From NCBI RefSeq assembly GCF_006345805.1, contig NC_043014.1:41106001-41170000 (forward strand): a stretch of DNA of 64,000 nucleotides, in the 5' to 3' direction. The stretch is from Octopus sinensis (taxonomy: Eukaryota). Positions 1 through 13,384 of this stretch are shown piece after piece; positions within the stretch are counted from its first letter, which is position 1; each line of letters starts with the position of its first letter. The notes below the pieces were generated by a model that saw nothing but the letters and a program-made list of their open reading frames with translations, ran no database searches and was not told the origin of the DNA. Both the position numbers and the translations under genes were made by a program.

Positions 1-56
1 ATTTGTGAGTGGATTTGATTGACGGAAATTAAAAGAAGCCAACCGTATATATATAT

Positions 57-254
57 ACTCTTTTACTCTTTTACTTGTTTCAGTCATTTGACTATGGCCA
101 GGCTGGAGCACCACCTTTAGTCGAGCAAATCGACCCCAGGACTTATTCTTTGTAAGCCCAGTATTTCTTCTATCGAACCGCTAAGTTACGGGGATGTAAA
201 GACACCAGCATCGGCTGTCAAGCGATGTTGGGGGGATAAAGACAGACACAGAAA

Positions 255-286
<32 letters not shown>

Positions 287-484
287 ACACACACACACAC
301 ACACACACACAAATATATACACATATATACGACGGGCTTGTTTCAGTTTCCGTCTACCAAATCCACTCACAAGGCTTTGGTCGGTCCGAAGCTATAGTAT
401 TAGACACTTGCTCAAAGTGGCATGCAGTGGGACTGAACCCGGAACCATGTAGTTCGTAAGCAAGCTACTTAACACACAGCCACG
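57..484 (-). mobile_element. tRNA-derived CORE-like SINE, family A (near full length, central AC microsatellite)
   Basis: Minus strand shows an A/B-box-like head (TGTGTTAAG...GGTTCAGTCCC), a CORE-like CTTTGAGCAAGTGTCT segment and a (GTAAAAGA)n tail. More than 12 homologous copies occur in the window. Confidence 0.85.
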
Positions 485-485
485 G

Positions 486-519
<34 letters not shown>

Positions 520-523
<4 letters not shown>

Positions 524-1561
524 ACGAGGGAACCTCCGTCGAACGAAAGCTGTTACGGAATCCCTCACACAGGCCCGTTCGATCAGCGAATGTTCGCCAC
601 AGAAACTCGGAGAGGAGAGAGAGAGAGAACAACAACAACAACAGCCGCAAGAAGAGACACAGAGGCAATCGAGAGAGACACAAACAAGGCAAGGCAATTG
701 GCTCACATTTAACGTACTAGTTTACATGACTATTAATTGTTACAGCATCAAATACATATCAGTCGAATTAAACAACAACTCAATACATCATACAGGTATA
801 CCACAGATCAAAGCATTTAAACATGCAGGTAACAACACATCAAATGCAATAACAACAGCATTTCAAGAGTACACGTCCGGAGACAACAGTTCTGTTTCAA
901 ATCACATTAAAGTTACAGTTCAAAGGACATTAAAGGCCTAACAGTTCAATGTTCATTACACAGTTCTCTTTTGCCTTAACACAACTCTGTACACAATGTC
1001 TTTACACAGCTCACATTGTTCTTTTCACTGTCTCATTTCTTTTACAGTCTCTTTACATCGAGTCTTTTTCCTTCTTTTTCTTCACATATCAATACACAAT
1101 TCACGTACCTTAGTTCCTACTATAATAGCCAGTGTCTCAATATTGTACCTCATCTCTCTCAGCACTGCTAAATCCAACTTGCTAACCTGCTTGCCTTGAA
1201 TTCCAAATCCTGGCCGCTAAATCCAACTTGCCAACCGCTCGCCTTGACTTCCAAAAACCGACTGCCCCAAACCTCTTGCTCTGTCACTACCCTCAATCTC
1301 TCTCTTAGCTCTAATACTCTCTCTATCGCCGCTCAGATTCCTTAATCTGTCTTCCTCACTACTTTCTTCTTTCTCTTCTTCACTGTCTCTCACACACTGA
1401 ACTGCTTACTTAAGGGGGCAGCCCTCCAAATGAACCCTAATTCACCCGAAGGGGTTGGGGAGTCTCCCCAGAGCTAATTAATCAACCCGCATCTGGCAGA
1501 ACAATGGATTCATTGCCAAATGTAGGTCGCCGTCAACTGTCCTCAAATTGAACCCACAACA
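520..1561. mobile_element. Probable solo LTR (~1.04 kb) inserted in a (TA)n tract
   Basis: Termini are TGTT...AACA with ATAT on both sides (4-bp TSD, though within a TA repeat). It has an internal ~40-bp direct repeat (1167-1207 and 1216-1256) and no coding domain. Confidence 0.65.
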
Positions 1562-1576
1562 ATATATATATGTATT

Positions 1577-1790
1577 ATGTGTTGGTGTGAGTCCCCATCC
1601 CAATACTTGACAACCGGTGCTGGTGTGTTTACGCTCCCGTAACATAGCAGTTCGGCAAAAGAGATACATAGAATAAGTATCAAGCTTTTAAAAAATAACT
1701 ACGGAGCTCGATACATTCGACTAAAATTTCTTCGAGGCGGTACCCCAGCATGGCCTCAGTCTAATGACTGAAACAAGTAAAAGATAACAG
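1577..1790 (+). mobile_element. SINE family A, 3' half
   Basis: Homologous to the 3' half of 57-484 in the opposite orientation. Confidence 0.75.
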
Positions 1791-2321
1791 ATAAACAATA
1801 TTACAGATGGCAAAATAATAAAACATTTTCTTGCCTCTTCATCTTCAATATAAAGCAGGCTAAGGAGAAATAAAGTGGAAATAAAAAAGTTTTATTGAAA
1901 AGCCAAGGATTTCTTGCCTGTTGTCTGAATGTCTTGTCGTCAAATGGTAGAAGGATTTTCTTCTGGTTACGACGCTGTTTACTTTGGTTTCACTGAAAAT
2001 GTACCAATTTTATAGTCATGAAGTAAATTAAATTGTTTATTATGTGTAATCGGTGTTTGAGAGTTAATAACCTTGGCGTAGGTTTCAAAGTAATACTTGT
2101 CAGATTAAGAACGGTCAGTTTCACTGATTGCTGTCCTCTATAATTTGCACTTAGGCACTTCCTTCATACTATACTTAACATTATACACTTAACAAATATA
2201 GATGCTTCATCAGTTTCATCAATGGTTATATTTTTCAAAGGTTCACATATTCTTTTCACTTATAACCGGCGTACTTAGGTGTCATTACTGATGGCAATGG
2301 GAAATCTAAGTTAAATCTAAG

Positions 2322-2920
2322 TTATTTCTTTATTGCCCACAAGGGGCTAAACACAGAGAGGACGAACAAGGACAAAGGGATTAAGTCGATTACATCGACC
2401 CCAGTGCGTAGCTGGTACTTAATTTATCTACCCCGAAAGGATGAAAGGCAAAGTCGACCTCGGCGGAATTTGAACTCAGAACGTAACGGCAGACGAAGTA
2501 CTTATTTCTTTACTGCCCACAAGGGGCTACATACAGAGGGGACAAACAAGGACAGACAAAAGAATTAAGTCGATTATATCGACCCTAGTGCGTAACTGGT
2601 ACTTATTTAATAGACCCCGAAAGGATGAAAGGCAAAGTCGACCTCGGTGGAATTTGAACTCAGAACGTAACGGCAGACAAAATACCTATTTCTTTACTAC
2701 CCACAAGGGGCTAAACACAGAGAGGACAAACAAGGTCAGACCAACGGATTAAGTCGAATACATCGACCCCAGTGCCTAACGGGTACTTAATTTAATCGAC
2801 CCCGAAAGGATGAAAGGCAAAGTCGACCTCGGCGGAATTTAAACTCAGAACGTAACGGCAGACAAAATACCGCTAAGCATTTCGCCCGGCGTGCTAACGT
2901 TTCTGCCAGCTCGCTGCCTT
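2322..2920 (-). mobile_element. SINE family B, one head plus three tandem ~180-bp body/tail units
   Basis: Three copies of ...GGGGTCGATAAATTAAGTACCAGTTACGCACTGGGGTCGATGTAATCGACT... start near 2323, 2503 and 2686. The tRNA-like head occurs only at the 2860-2920 end. Confidence 0.85.
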
Positions 2921-3140
2921 AAATTTAAATAAGTTTAAGAACTCTCCGGGTATTCCTGGCAACCTATGAGCATTGCAGTCAATCCTCGACGGATTGTAAG
3001 CATGAACCAAAGATGGAATAACTGCTTAATCATTTAGACTGAACGCTCACTCGCTCAACTTTACCAGGTTTGTGCATTAATGATTAGAGATTTCTGATAT
3101 AGAGTTAGTGGTATAAAAATATTGGGGAAGGAGAAATTAC

Positions 3141-3297
3141 TCTCTCTTTTACTCTCTTTTACTTGTTTCAGTCATTTGACTGCGGCCATGCTGGAGCACC
3201 GCCTTTAGTCGAGCAACTCGACCCCGGGACTTATTCTTTCGTAAGCCCAGTACTTATTCTATCGGTCTCTTTTGCTGAACCGCTAAGTAACGGGGAG
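3141..3297 (-). mobile_element. SINE family A, 3' fragment
   Basis: Direct homology to 57-200. Confidence 0.75.
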
Positions 3298-3549
3298 GTC
3301 GTCATTTTTTTTACTCTGCCCTCATCATTTGCACTAAGCCTTGTGTCACATTGGGCCCTACTACTTTGCGCCGATTCTACGAATTAGTGAAGATTTGGAA
3401 AATTATGGACACTGTACTTACAGCTCTAAATAACTAACAATAAAAGAATTCATACATAAATTGCGTATATAAATCGTTTTAAGTTCGAAACTATTGCGGC
3501 AATTTAGTTCAGTGAGATATTAAATGGTTGGGACCCATAAATGTTAGTC

Positions 3550-4165
3550 CTCTTTTGAATAGATGTACTAGTTCTATATATCAGATGAGGATTGGAAGGG
3601 GATAATGTGATGCTTATGACTTACTTGATGATCTGAAAGTCTACTAATAAAAAATCCCCTTCCCACTTCGCTAGCAGCTCATCTCTTATATTTTAATACA
3701 ATTTTTTTGAGTATTTCTATATCTTAAGTTAGAGTCATAGTGAAATATTGTTTAAGTACGAATGAAAACTGTATGATGAGAATTATGCCTAAAAAGAATG
3801 TAAGTTATAAAAAAAATCCAGATTAAACCTTACAAGGATTCAAATTATTCTCTCTCTTTTGAATAGATGTACTAGTTCTATATATCAGATGAGGATTGGA
3901 AGGGGATAATGTGATGCTTATGACTTACTTGATGATCTGAAAGTCTACTAATAAAAAAATCCTCTCCCCACTTCGCTAGCAGCTCGTCTCTTATATTTTA
4001 ATACAATTTTTTGAGTATTTTTATATCTTAAGTTAGAGTCATAGTGAAATATTGTTTAAGTACGAATGGAAACTGTATGATGAGAATTATGCCTAAAAGG
4101 AATGTAAGTTATATAAAAAAAATCATCCAGATTAAACCTTACAAGGATTCAAATTATTCTCTCTC
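3550..4165. repeat. Tandem duplication of ~304 bp of otherwise unique sequence
   Basis: 3550-3853 and 3854-4165 are near identical, with a few substitutions and homopolymer indels. Confidence 0.9.
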
Positions 4166-6465
4166 AAAATCCCAAACACCCAAAACTCCTATAGCCAACA
4201 AGAAAATTAAATCTGCTTCCGATTTTCACAATTGTTTATTTGAACTTTAAGATTTTCCTAATGGCTCTCTCATCACGTTTTCTTTAGATTCTCTAGAACT
4301 GCAGCATCCAATCAGTAGCTCTGTATCTATTGGATAATTTTATTAATTTCCTTTCGGTCTCTGGGAGTGTTTCATTATATTCAGACGGAACTTGCTAGCG
4401 CGTTGCTAGAAGGCCACTTTCCGTAATTAGCAAAGTGAAATGGAGCATTGGGTTGAATGAGCCTACCTTCAGAATAACCTCCTGATTCATTAAATTAGTT
4501 TTAGAGTCCACAGCTATTAAAGAAAAAAAAAAAAGAAAGAATTATGGAGGCGGGTAAAGGGAATATTGGCTGAAGGACGTTGATGACTTCAGTAGGTGGC
4601 GATATTGGATATGAAGTTGGTGTCAATAAGGAAATATACAATAGTAACAAGTATGATAATTATTTCATTGACTGACAAGTCTGACGATTTAGCAAGTGGA
4701 AACATAATGATAATGTGGGCAATTCTTATTATATTAAGATTGCACTGCGTAGTTATTAGCAACACCATGATTATAAAATGCACCATGATAATCTAGTCGC
4801 CATTCTCCAGAAATATTCAATATTCATATCAATTAGTTTGGGCATTTAGTATTGAAGAAAAATGATGTCTTTATATTGAATGAATGTTGTTACTAGCAAT
4901 TGTAAAATGGAACTTTGCCATAATAGGTAAATGAGATTCAGTTAGGGCATTACAATGCACAAAACGCTGGGTAACAAATACAAACATGAAAAATACAAAA
5001 ATGAAGAGAAATATTTTGTAGAGGAAACTTATACAAAAATCATAATAGTAGAAGAAGCGAAAGAAATACAGTTTAGCCTGAGATTAAGAAAAGGACCATA
5101 AATAAATAAAATGAAATAATGCATACAACAATAAACGCAACCTCAATTATAAATATAAAAAGAAATCTATTAAAAGGAGAAATATAGTTAGGGAGTTATT
5201 GAGTTTTAAAGATGCAAAGAAAGAAAATATAATCAAATAGAAAATACATTGTATGTTGGCAGAGTGTTAAAAAGCAGTTATGATAATATAGCGAGGAACA
5301 AAAATGATGTCTAAAATAGAGTAGTAGTGAAGAAAGGAGAGAAGGAAGTGTCTAAGAAAATTGTAAAGCGAAGAAACAAAGAAAAATGATTAAATAATGT
5401 AATGCCGGAAATAAATATTGGTAGTGAAAGAAAATTAAAATGGAAGTAAAAAAAAAATATTGAAAATAAAAGAAAAAAAAAAACTGACTTTTTATTATAA
5501 TGAAAATAATGCAAAGAAAGGATTTATGGAACGATGAATGGAGTTTTGGAGAGAGTGTAAACGATTTGTGAAACAAAAAAAAAAGTTGATGTAGTATAAC
5601 AAAAAATATTGGCAAAAAATCAGAGTGAGCAAATAGAAAATATTACGACTTTCTTCTGTTTATTAACGGTTTCTGTAGGGCAGGAAGGAGTGGGAGTGCT
5701 CACATTACTAGGAGAAATCACTTAATTCGTCGTTGAATCATTAGAATTTCGTGTCGAAGAAGTAAAGCAAGAGGAAAATTAAATGATAAATAAACAATAA
5801 CAATAACTAACAGAATAAAAGAGTTATACACCGTTGGACGAATAACTGTAGTGCATAAAGAATATAAAAGAAAAAAAAAAACTTGGTATAATTAAAATAA
5901 CGTGCGAAGTAATGGGTTTGGAACCATTTTAGGGAAATATGTCAGAAAGGAAAAGAAACAGTGAAAGTATGATGTCTCAATGAGAAATAGAAGGACACTA
6001 TGTATAGGGGAAATAATTGAAGGAGTTTGGTATGCATTTTGTATAGTATGGGGGATTAAGAAAATATGATGGAAATATTATGGAAAATTTGAGTGAAATG
6101 CATAAGAAACGGGACACGATTTCAATCCCATCACAAAATCTGTTTGAACCTACTTCACGGTTGCTAATGCCATTGGAAGGCATCAATATTTTAGGGTCTC
6201 TTCTCTGCTGCTTCTTACACATACAACTTTTCTCAGTTATCTTAAGGGATTCTTTGAATTTCAGTGCATGAATTTAGATATTATATGTACTTATGTATAC
6301 ATATTATTCCAAATCATTAGAATTGTTTCGGCGATTCAGTCTCAGCTTGTAATTACTGAATGTTACTCATATAATACACTTTATTGCATTAATATGAGTC
6401 AACAATATCTGTGTACCTGCACGTCTTCAGGTGATTAGGGTCCAGAGAAAGACAAAAGACACGTA

Positions 6466-7676
6466 CACAGACATGACAGAAGTAAATAAATACCCTTATA
6501 ATCAATAAAATTTATTTCAATCTGAAATTATAATTAAAATTATTTATTGATTGCTATAATGTGAATATTTAATATTTAGTAGACATGTCCTTTGCAATTT
6601 TCAATGCAAGGACCCTATCAAGCATGTTACTGATCAGATGACGAATATTCTCTTGCGGAATTTCTTGCCAAGTTTCATGAAGTAATCTGATCTGGCCTTG
6701 AAGATGCTTTCTTTTTTTTTTACGAAGTGTCCTGTCTATTATGTTCCAGAAGACTTCAATAGGGTTCATATCTGGTGACAGGCTTGGCCATGGAAGCTTT
6801 TTAATGCCATTCTCATCCAACAATCTTGGGTCATTTTAGCCGTGTGGCAAGGAGTTTCATCTTCCATTAATAAAGTCTTCTTTAATCATTTCCCCACTGG
6901 AGAAGATTGGAAGGAGCCTATTCTACAATATGGACACATATTTATCTGTGTTTATGTTTCCCTCACACTCCACCAGCTCTGATCAACCATTGCTCCGAAT
7001 TGCTCCCCATACCATCACAGAGTAGCTGTCGTGTTTCATTATTGGTTGCAATCTTTTCACATCAAATTCTTGATCACAAAGCCTCCAGACCAACACTGGA
7101 CCACTGTTAGGAAATACAGCATATCAGGACACTTCAGAGAATATTACACTGTCCCAAAATGCTAGTGGCCTCTCCACCATTGGCCCAATCTTTTCTCCGC
7201 TTGATGCTGGCTAGTCGAAGTGGCTTCCTTCTTGCTGCTCTGCCATAGTAACCAAGTTTGTGGAAATACCTAACAGCTGTTCTGGGACTGATATCAACCT
7301 GTTCTGCTATGTAAAAGGCCTTGCAACGAGGGGTATCTTTCATACTTCTCTTAACAAAGAGAAGGGTCCTGTCAGAGGGCCCTGGTTGATCTGGGCAAAG
7401 TGATGTGATCTTCTTCTCTTCTCGGTTAATTGAACAATCGCTCGATTAACTTTAGAAAGCGGGATCCAAAAGTTTTCTGAATGACCCTCAATACGGCCTC
7501 CCTGAATTTCAGATAGTTCCAAGGCTTCGTTTGTACAGGACATGATTAAACACTTACATATAGAATCTGAAGCATGACCATATCAATTAATAAAAAATAC
7601 AAACCTTCACAAGTTAGAATAAACATAAAATGATGTTTTATGGGGTGTCTATTTACTTCTGTCATGCATGTCTGTG
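6466..7676 (-). mobile_element. Tc1-family DNA transposon, decayed full-length copy
   Basis: Imperfect TIRs CACAGACATG(CATG)ACAGAAGTAAATA..ACCC at 6466 and 7641-7676, each flanked by TA. An internal transposase remnant is present. Confidence 0.9.
6569..7543 (-). pseudogene. Tc1-like DDE transposase pseudogene (frameshifts and stops)
   Basis: Motifs include GYYGRAARRKP, SVMVWGAI, ELVECEGNINTDKYVSIL, WPSLSPDMNPIE and the C-terminal STKY, split over several frames. Confidence 0.9.
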
Positions 7677-8634
7677 TATATGGGGTGTCTATTTACTTCT
7701 GACACGTACTATGTGATAGCATTTATTTGCCGATACTCGTAGAGAAATTCGGAAAGCACGCTATAAAGTTATTGATCAGATAATATTGTATATATAAATA
7801 GATATACATACGTATGTGTGTATGTGTGTGAGATAGCATATAAATATAAATTATTTAGCTTTATTTGTGCATCTGGTATCCATCTCTTGTAAGGCAGTGA
7901 TTTGGCTTAATGGTCTGTCAAAACCTGACCTAAGGCCCCCAACGAAGAGAAGAAAATATCCATTCTGTTGCTGCTGCTTTCTACTGTGTTACTGAAGAGC
8001 CCTGCCCATAGAGCTAGCATGGATTGTGTTTATGGCGATCAAGGTCTCTTAGACTCCAAGATGTCCATCTCAGCCTCACTGGTGTAGTGCAAAAGAGTAA
8101 AGCGTTGTACCTTTCTTTCACCAGTTTCGTTGCTGGAGTTGCCAAGACTACATTAGAGGCTCCATTGCGGACTAGATTTACTTCTTAATATTAGTCTCAC
8201 AAAGCATCAAGGCTATTTACCCATAGCTAGGCTGAGGGCGATACCAGTAGTATAAACTGGAATCTTACAGAGCTCGGGATTTGTGTGAAGCATGGTTGTC
8301 ACACCTTGCACTAGTGATTGAAACCACTACTTACTACCTATTACACTCACACTCACTCGCTCACCAACACGCTCACTCACACACTCACCCATATACATAC
8401 ATACATACATACATATGCACACACATATAGTGAGGGCGCATGGTTTAGTGGTTAAGATCTTGCATTCACGACCGTTAGATCGTAATTTCAATTCCTATAG
8501 CAGGTGGTGCGTTGTGTTCTTGAAGAAAACACTTCAGTTGACATTGCACTGCATCCACTTCGACACCTGATGCATGGTATACCGACCACCTATTCAGGCA
8601 ACATCGATTCCATAGAGAGCGTGTGCTAATGTTA

Positions 8635-8865
8635 CCTTTTTATTGCCCACAAGGGGGTAAACATAGAGGGGACAAACAAGGAGAGACAAACGGATTAAAT
8701 CGATTACATCGATCCCAGTGCGTAACTGGTGCTTATTTAATCGACCTCGAAAGGATGAAAGGTAAAGTCGACCTCGGCGGAATTTGAACTCAGAACGTAA
8801 CGGCAGACGAAATACTTCTCAGCATTTCGCCCGGCGTGCTAACGTTTCTGCCAGCTCGCCGCCTT
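8635..8865 (-). mobile_element. SINE family B
   Basis: Homology to 2686-2920. Confidence 0.85.
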
Positions 8866-9245
8866 ACTATTTCATCATTATAAATAAATCGTTTGTGCAG
8901 GTTGTTCAGCAAAAGCTGAACGTTCATACGTCGTGTTCGACGGGAGAATCCATCATATATATATGTATATAACAAAAATTTAAATTTTGACATAGAGTTA
9001 CCATAGATTTTGTATCCACAAAGCCAAAGCCTTGTGGACAGCTGGTTAGACTCTATAGAAAAGCAAAAAATTAAAATTTGCTACGTCGCGAACGTGAGAA
9101 AAAACTCAGAGATCGAGATTTAGGTCTTAACATATAAAAACGTTAATCAGGATGAGTTGTCTCTCCTGAACCAGAGGATAAAACAATCCTTATTGACCCG
9201 AAAGAGCTTAACTGCCAGTAGGTTGCGCTTGAAGTGCTTGAAGCA

Positions 9246-9724
9246 CGAAAGGCAAAGTCGACCACGGCGGAATTTGAACTCAGGACGTAACGGTAGACGA
9301 AATACCTATTTCTTTATTACCCACAAGGGGCTAAACACAGAGGGGACAAACAAGGACAGACATAGGTATTAAGTCGATTACATCGACCCCAGTGCGTAAC
9401 TGGTACTTAATTTATCGACCCCGAAAGGATGAAAAGCAAAGTCGACCTCGGCGGAATTTGAACTCAGGACGTAGCGGCAGACGAAATACCTATTACTTTA
9501 TTACCCACAAGGGGCTAAACACAGAGGGGACAAACAAGGACAGACATAGGTATTAAGCCGATTACATCGACCCCAGAACGTAACTGGTACTTATTTAATC
9601 GACCCCGAAAGGATGAAAGGCAAAGTCGACCTCGGCAGAATTTGAACTCAGAACGTAACGGCAGACGAAATACGGCTACGCATTTCACCCAGCGTGCTAA
9701 CGTTTCTGCCAACTCGCCGCCTTA
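9246..9724 (-). mobile_element. SINE family B, tandem multimer
   Basis: One head plus about 2.5 body units, the same architecture as 2322-2920. Confidence 0.85.
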
Positions 9725-10453
9725 TCTAATATATAATACATGCACAAAAACGCACGCACATACACACATGCACCATCATGCACACGCGCACACACACACA
9801 CAAACACGCTCATAGTTTGCTCTGATAGATTTACTAAACCAGTTCTATGCAATGTTTAAAATAAAGCGATGGGCTTAGTTTGAGACTAAAAGTCTAAAGC
9901 CTTTTTCACCCTCATCCTCTTTTCCCAACTCCAACTGCTTCGCCAAATGCTATGATTACTTAATCCTAAACATATTTTGCCGTGTGTCCAAACACGCGGA
10001 AAGTGTTCATTTTCTGGTTTGTTCTTTATTGATTATCGATCTGTCCAGGGCCTTAGACCTCTCCACTTCACCATAGCCATGAAATGCTGTAATAATGCCA
10101 ATTAAAAACCGAAAAACAAGTTCTCATAAAATAAGACATCTTTCTCTCTTCCCATTCTTTAGTTTTTTTATACTGATTATTTTTTAATTTTTTTATCTGT
10201 TTTTTTTCCTTACTATTTCTTCTTTTTTTTCTTTTTTCTTGCACTATTCCTTCTTTTTTTCCTTTTATTTTCTTTCTCCATCCTATTTACTCTCTAGATT
10301 TCTTTCTCTTTTAGTTTCTTATATTTCCCCTTCTCTCTCTCTTGTAAAAATTTCCTCCATTTTCCTTCCATTTGCCTTCTTCGTTCCAGCGCTCCTTTTT
10401 TTTGCTTATACAAACCCTCTCAATGAAACACACTCACATTATCTTTTCTGCCC

Positions 10454-10456
<3 letters not shown>

Positions 10457-10502
<46 letters not shown>

Positions 10503-10597
10503 TTTCTTTCTTTCTTTCTTCCTTTCTTCCTTCCTTCCTTTCTTTCTTTCTTTCTTTCTTTCATTTCTACTTTCTTTCTTTCTTTCTTTCATTTCTA

Positions 10598-10632
<35 letters not shown>

Positions 10633-10691
10633 TATTCCTTTCCTCCTTCCTTCCTTCCTTCCTTCCTTCTTTCTTTCTTTCTTTCGGTCCT

Positions 10692-10760
<69 letters not shown>

Positions 10761-10878
10761 GTTTCTTTCTTCCTGTCTTTCTTTCTTTCTTTCTTTCCTT
10801 CCTTCTTTCTTCCTTCCTTTCTTTCTTTCTTTCTTTCTTTCCTTCCTTCTCTCTCTGTCACGCTCACACACGCACATA

Positions 10879-10918
<40 letters not shown>

Positions 10919-10950
10919 AACACACACACACACACATACACATATTCATC
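10457..10950. repeat. Compound microsatellite (TTTC)n/(TCTA)n/(CA)n
   Basis: Directly visible; it explains the F/L/S-rich ORFs at 10239-11082. Confidence 0.95.
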
Positions 10951-12255
10951 ATTGACAAACAAATACATCATCATCATCTTTTTCGCTCTTTTCTGAAATC
11001 CATTTTCTCAAAATACAAGTTCATTCTTTTATTATTCAGTAGTTTCTTTGAGACTTACAGTATCTTTAATAAAATTCAATAACCGTAATAACATCAACAA
11101 CAACAATATAAAATAAGAAATAAAGTTTTTTTTTTTGCTGGTGAAAGCAGGATTTACGTTGCATTGTCAAAGATTTTCCCAACGAAATTCAATACAACCT
11201 GCTGTAATGATTCTGTTGTCCACCAGCAAAGATCAGTGTTACTGTTGATGGATTACGGATTAAGTTGATTTTCTTTTCGCTTCCATCACATACACTTTCA
11301 TTTTTATTTTTTACTGTATTCCTCGTCTTTTCACTTGTTCCATCAGATATTTTGTATTTTCCTTATATGTAATTATTTGTATTTTATACCGCTAAACCAT
11401 TTTTGTTAATTTTTTTTCTGGCTATTTTAGAAACGTAATCCTAAGTCATGTTGTTTGCATGTTCGTTAAAATTTTCTTTTCTTTTACCCGAACATACCCC
11501 GTTTATTTGCATATTCAGCAGAATTAGAAATAATCCTTGAATTTTATACAAAGTGTCAACAAGCCACGAGAAAGAAGACCGATGACAAAAGAATGAGAAG
11601 AATTGTTTAAATTAGGACAAATTAAACAAATAAATTAGGACAAAATTAAACTACTTTCACCAGTAGTATTATTATCGTTTACGGTTTTGTTGTTAGCTAA
11701 GGGGACCTGTGATCAAAGACATTCCAATCCTGACCACCTCACTTTTTTTATTCATATTATTCGCTGTTAACAACATGTTATTCTAAAGTACATCTAACGT
11801 TTCGGATACGAAATGTTATAACAAAAATCAAGGCTGGCTATAATTTTTATAGAATATTTATGGAGATAAACTTAACAAGAGATTATTCGCTGTATCTTTT
11901 CTTTATAACAAACACAAGCTGCGAATTGATGGAGACTTGGCTGTTGCTTTTAGTGGCAACACCCATTTGATTTTGTTGTTATTAACGTAAATGAAGCGAG
12001 AGAGACAAAGTATGGGCATATATTTTAATAGAAGCATTGGCAGCAATAGTAATAGTAGCAATGATATTCTCTTTCGCGTAATCGTTTCGGTAGTAATGGT
12101 AACTTCATCAATAAAAGAAGCTTTAGCAGTGGGAATATTATTAATTCAACCATTAATGTCGATGAACGGCAGAATACATACAAACATACATACATACATA
12201 CATACATACACACATACATACATACCTACATACATACATATATATATATACATAC

Positions 12256-12288
<33 letters not shown>

Positions 12289-12679
12289 CTATATATATAT
12301 ATATCTATATATATATATATACATACATATATATACATATATATATACATACATACATACATACATAATACATACATACATACATACATACATACATACA
12401 TGTATATATATATATAATATTGGAGGAAATATCCTGTAGAATTTAGTAACATTCCTTTACGTTTTTATTCGATTTGAGCTCACTTTTATAAGCAATAAGC
12501 AACTATGTACTTGAATGAATTTAACCAATGAAGCGCCTCTCCATAAAGTATTAACTTTGTGTGAATACTGCAAATCCTTATTTGTTGGGTTACTAAGGCG
12601 GCATGCTGGCTGAATCGTTGCCACGCCGGACAAAATATCGCTAAGCACTTTGTACGTCAATACGTTGTGAGTTCAAAAA

Positions 12680-12984
12680 AGTGGATTTGGTAGACGGAAA
12701 CTGAAAGAAGCCCGTCGTATATATATATATATATATTATATATATATATATATATATATCTATATATGTATGTGTATGTGTTTGTGTGTCTGTGTTTGTC
12801 CTCCCAACATCGCTTGACAACCGATGCTGGTGTGTTTACGTCACCGTGACTTGTCGGTTCAGCAAAAGAGACCGATAGCATAAGTACTAGTCTTACATAG
12901 AATAATTCCTGGGGTCGATTTGCTTTACTAAAGTCGGTGCTCCAGCATGGCCGCAGTCAAATGACTGAAACAAGTAAAAAAGTA
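12680..12984 (+). mobile_element. SINE family A, 5'-truncated
   Basis: Homology to the family A body and tail. Confidence 0.8.
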
Positions 12985-13311
12985 CTTTTCATATAAAATG
13001 TATCTTTTTTTTAACGCCGCAAGCTGGCAGAACCGTTAGTTCACCGGGCATTTCGTCCGTCCTTGGGTTCTGAGTTCAAATTTCGCCGTGGTCGACATTA
13101 TCTTTCATCCTTTCGGGATCGATAAAATAAGTACCAGCTGAACATTTAGATCGATGTAATCGACTTACTCCCTTCCAAAAATTGCTGGCCTTGTACAAAT
13201 ATTTGAAAGCAATATAAAATATACTTTTAGTTTCTCTATCATTTGTTCTGTAAATATATGAATATCTATATATTTATACACGGGTGCTCGTCTGAATACT
13301 CTCGGTTTTTG

Positions 13312-13381
<70 letters not shown>

Positions 13382-13384
<3 letters not shown>

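Noticed and set aside
519-941. 140-aa Q/E/T-rich ORF
   Set aside because: It lies inside the putative solo LTR, is low complexity and has no domain.
2322-2920. Regularly spaced repeats as a CRISPR-like array
   Set aside because: The units are whole SINE bodies with no unique spacers, in a eukaryotic context with no cas genes.
4681-4706. CTGACGA...GGAAACATA hammerhead-like spacing
   Set aside because: No stem II and at most 2 bp of stem I.
4530-5620. Hydrophobic minus-strand frames as a NUMT or GPCR pseudogene
   Set aside because: Many TAA/TAG stops remain even under the mitochondrial code, and no mitochondrial or 7TM motifs are present. The hydrophobicity follows from T-richness.
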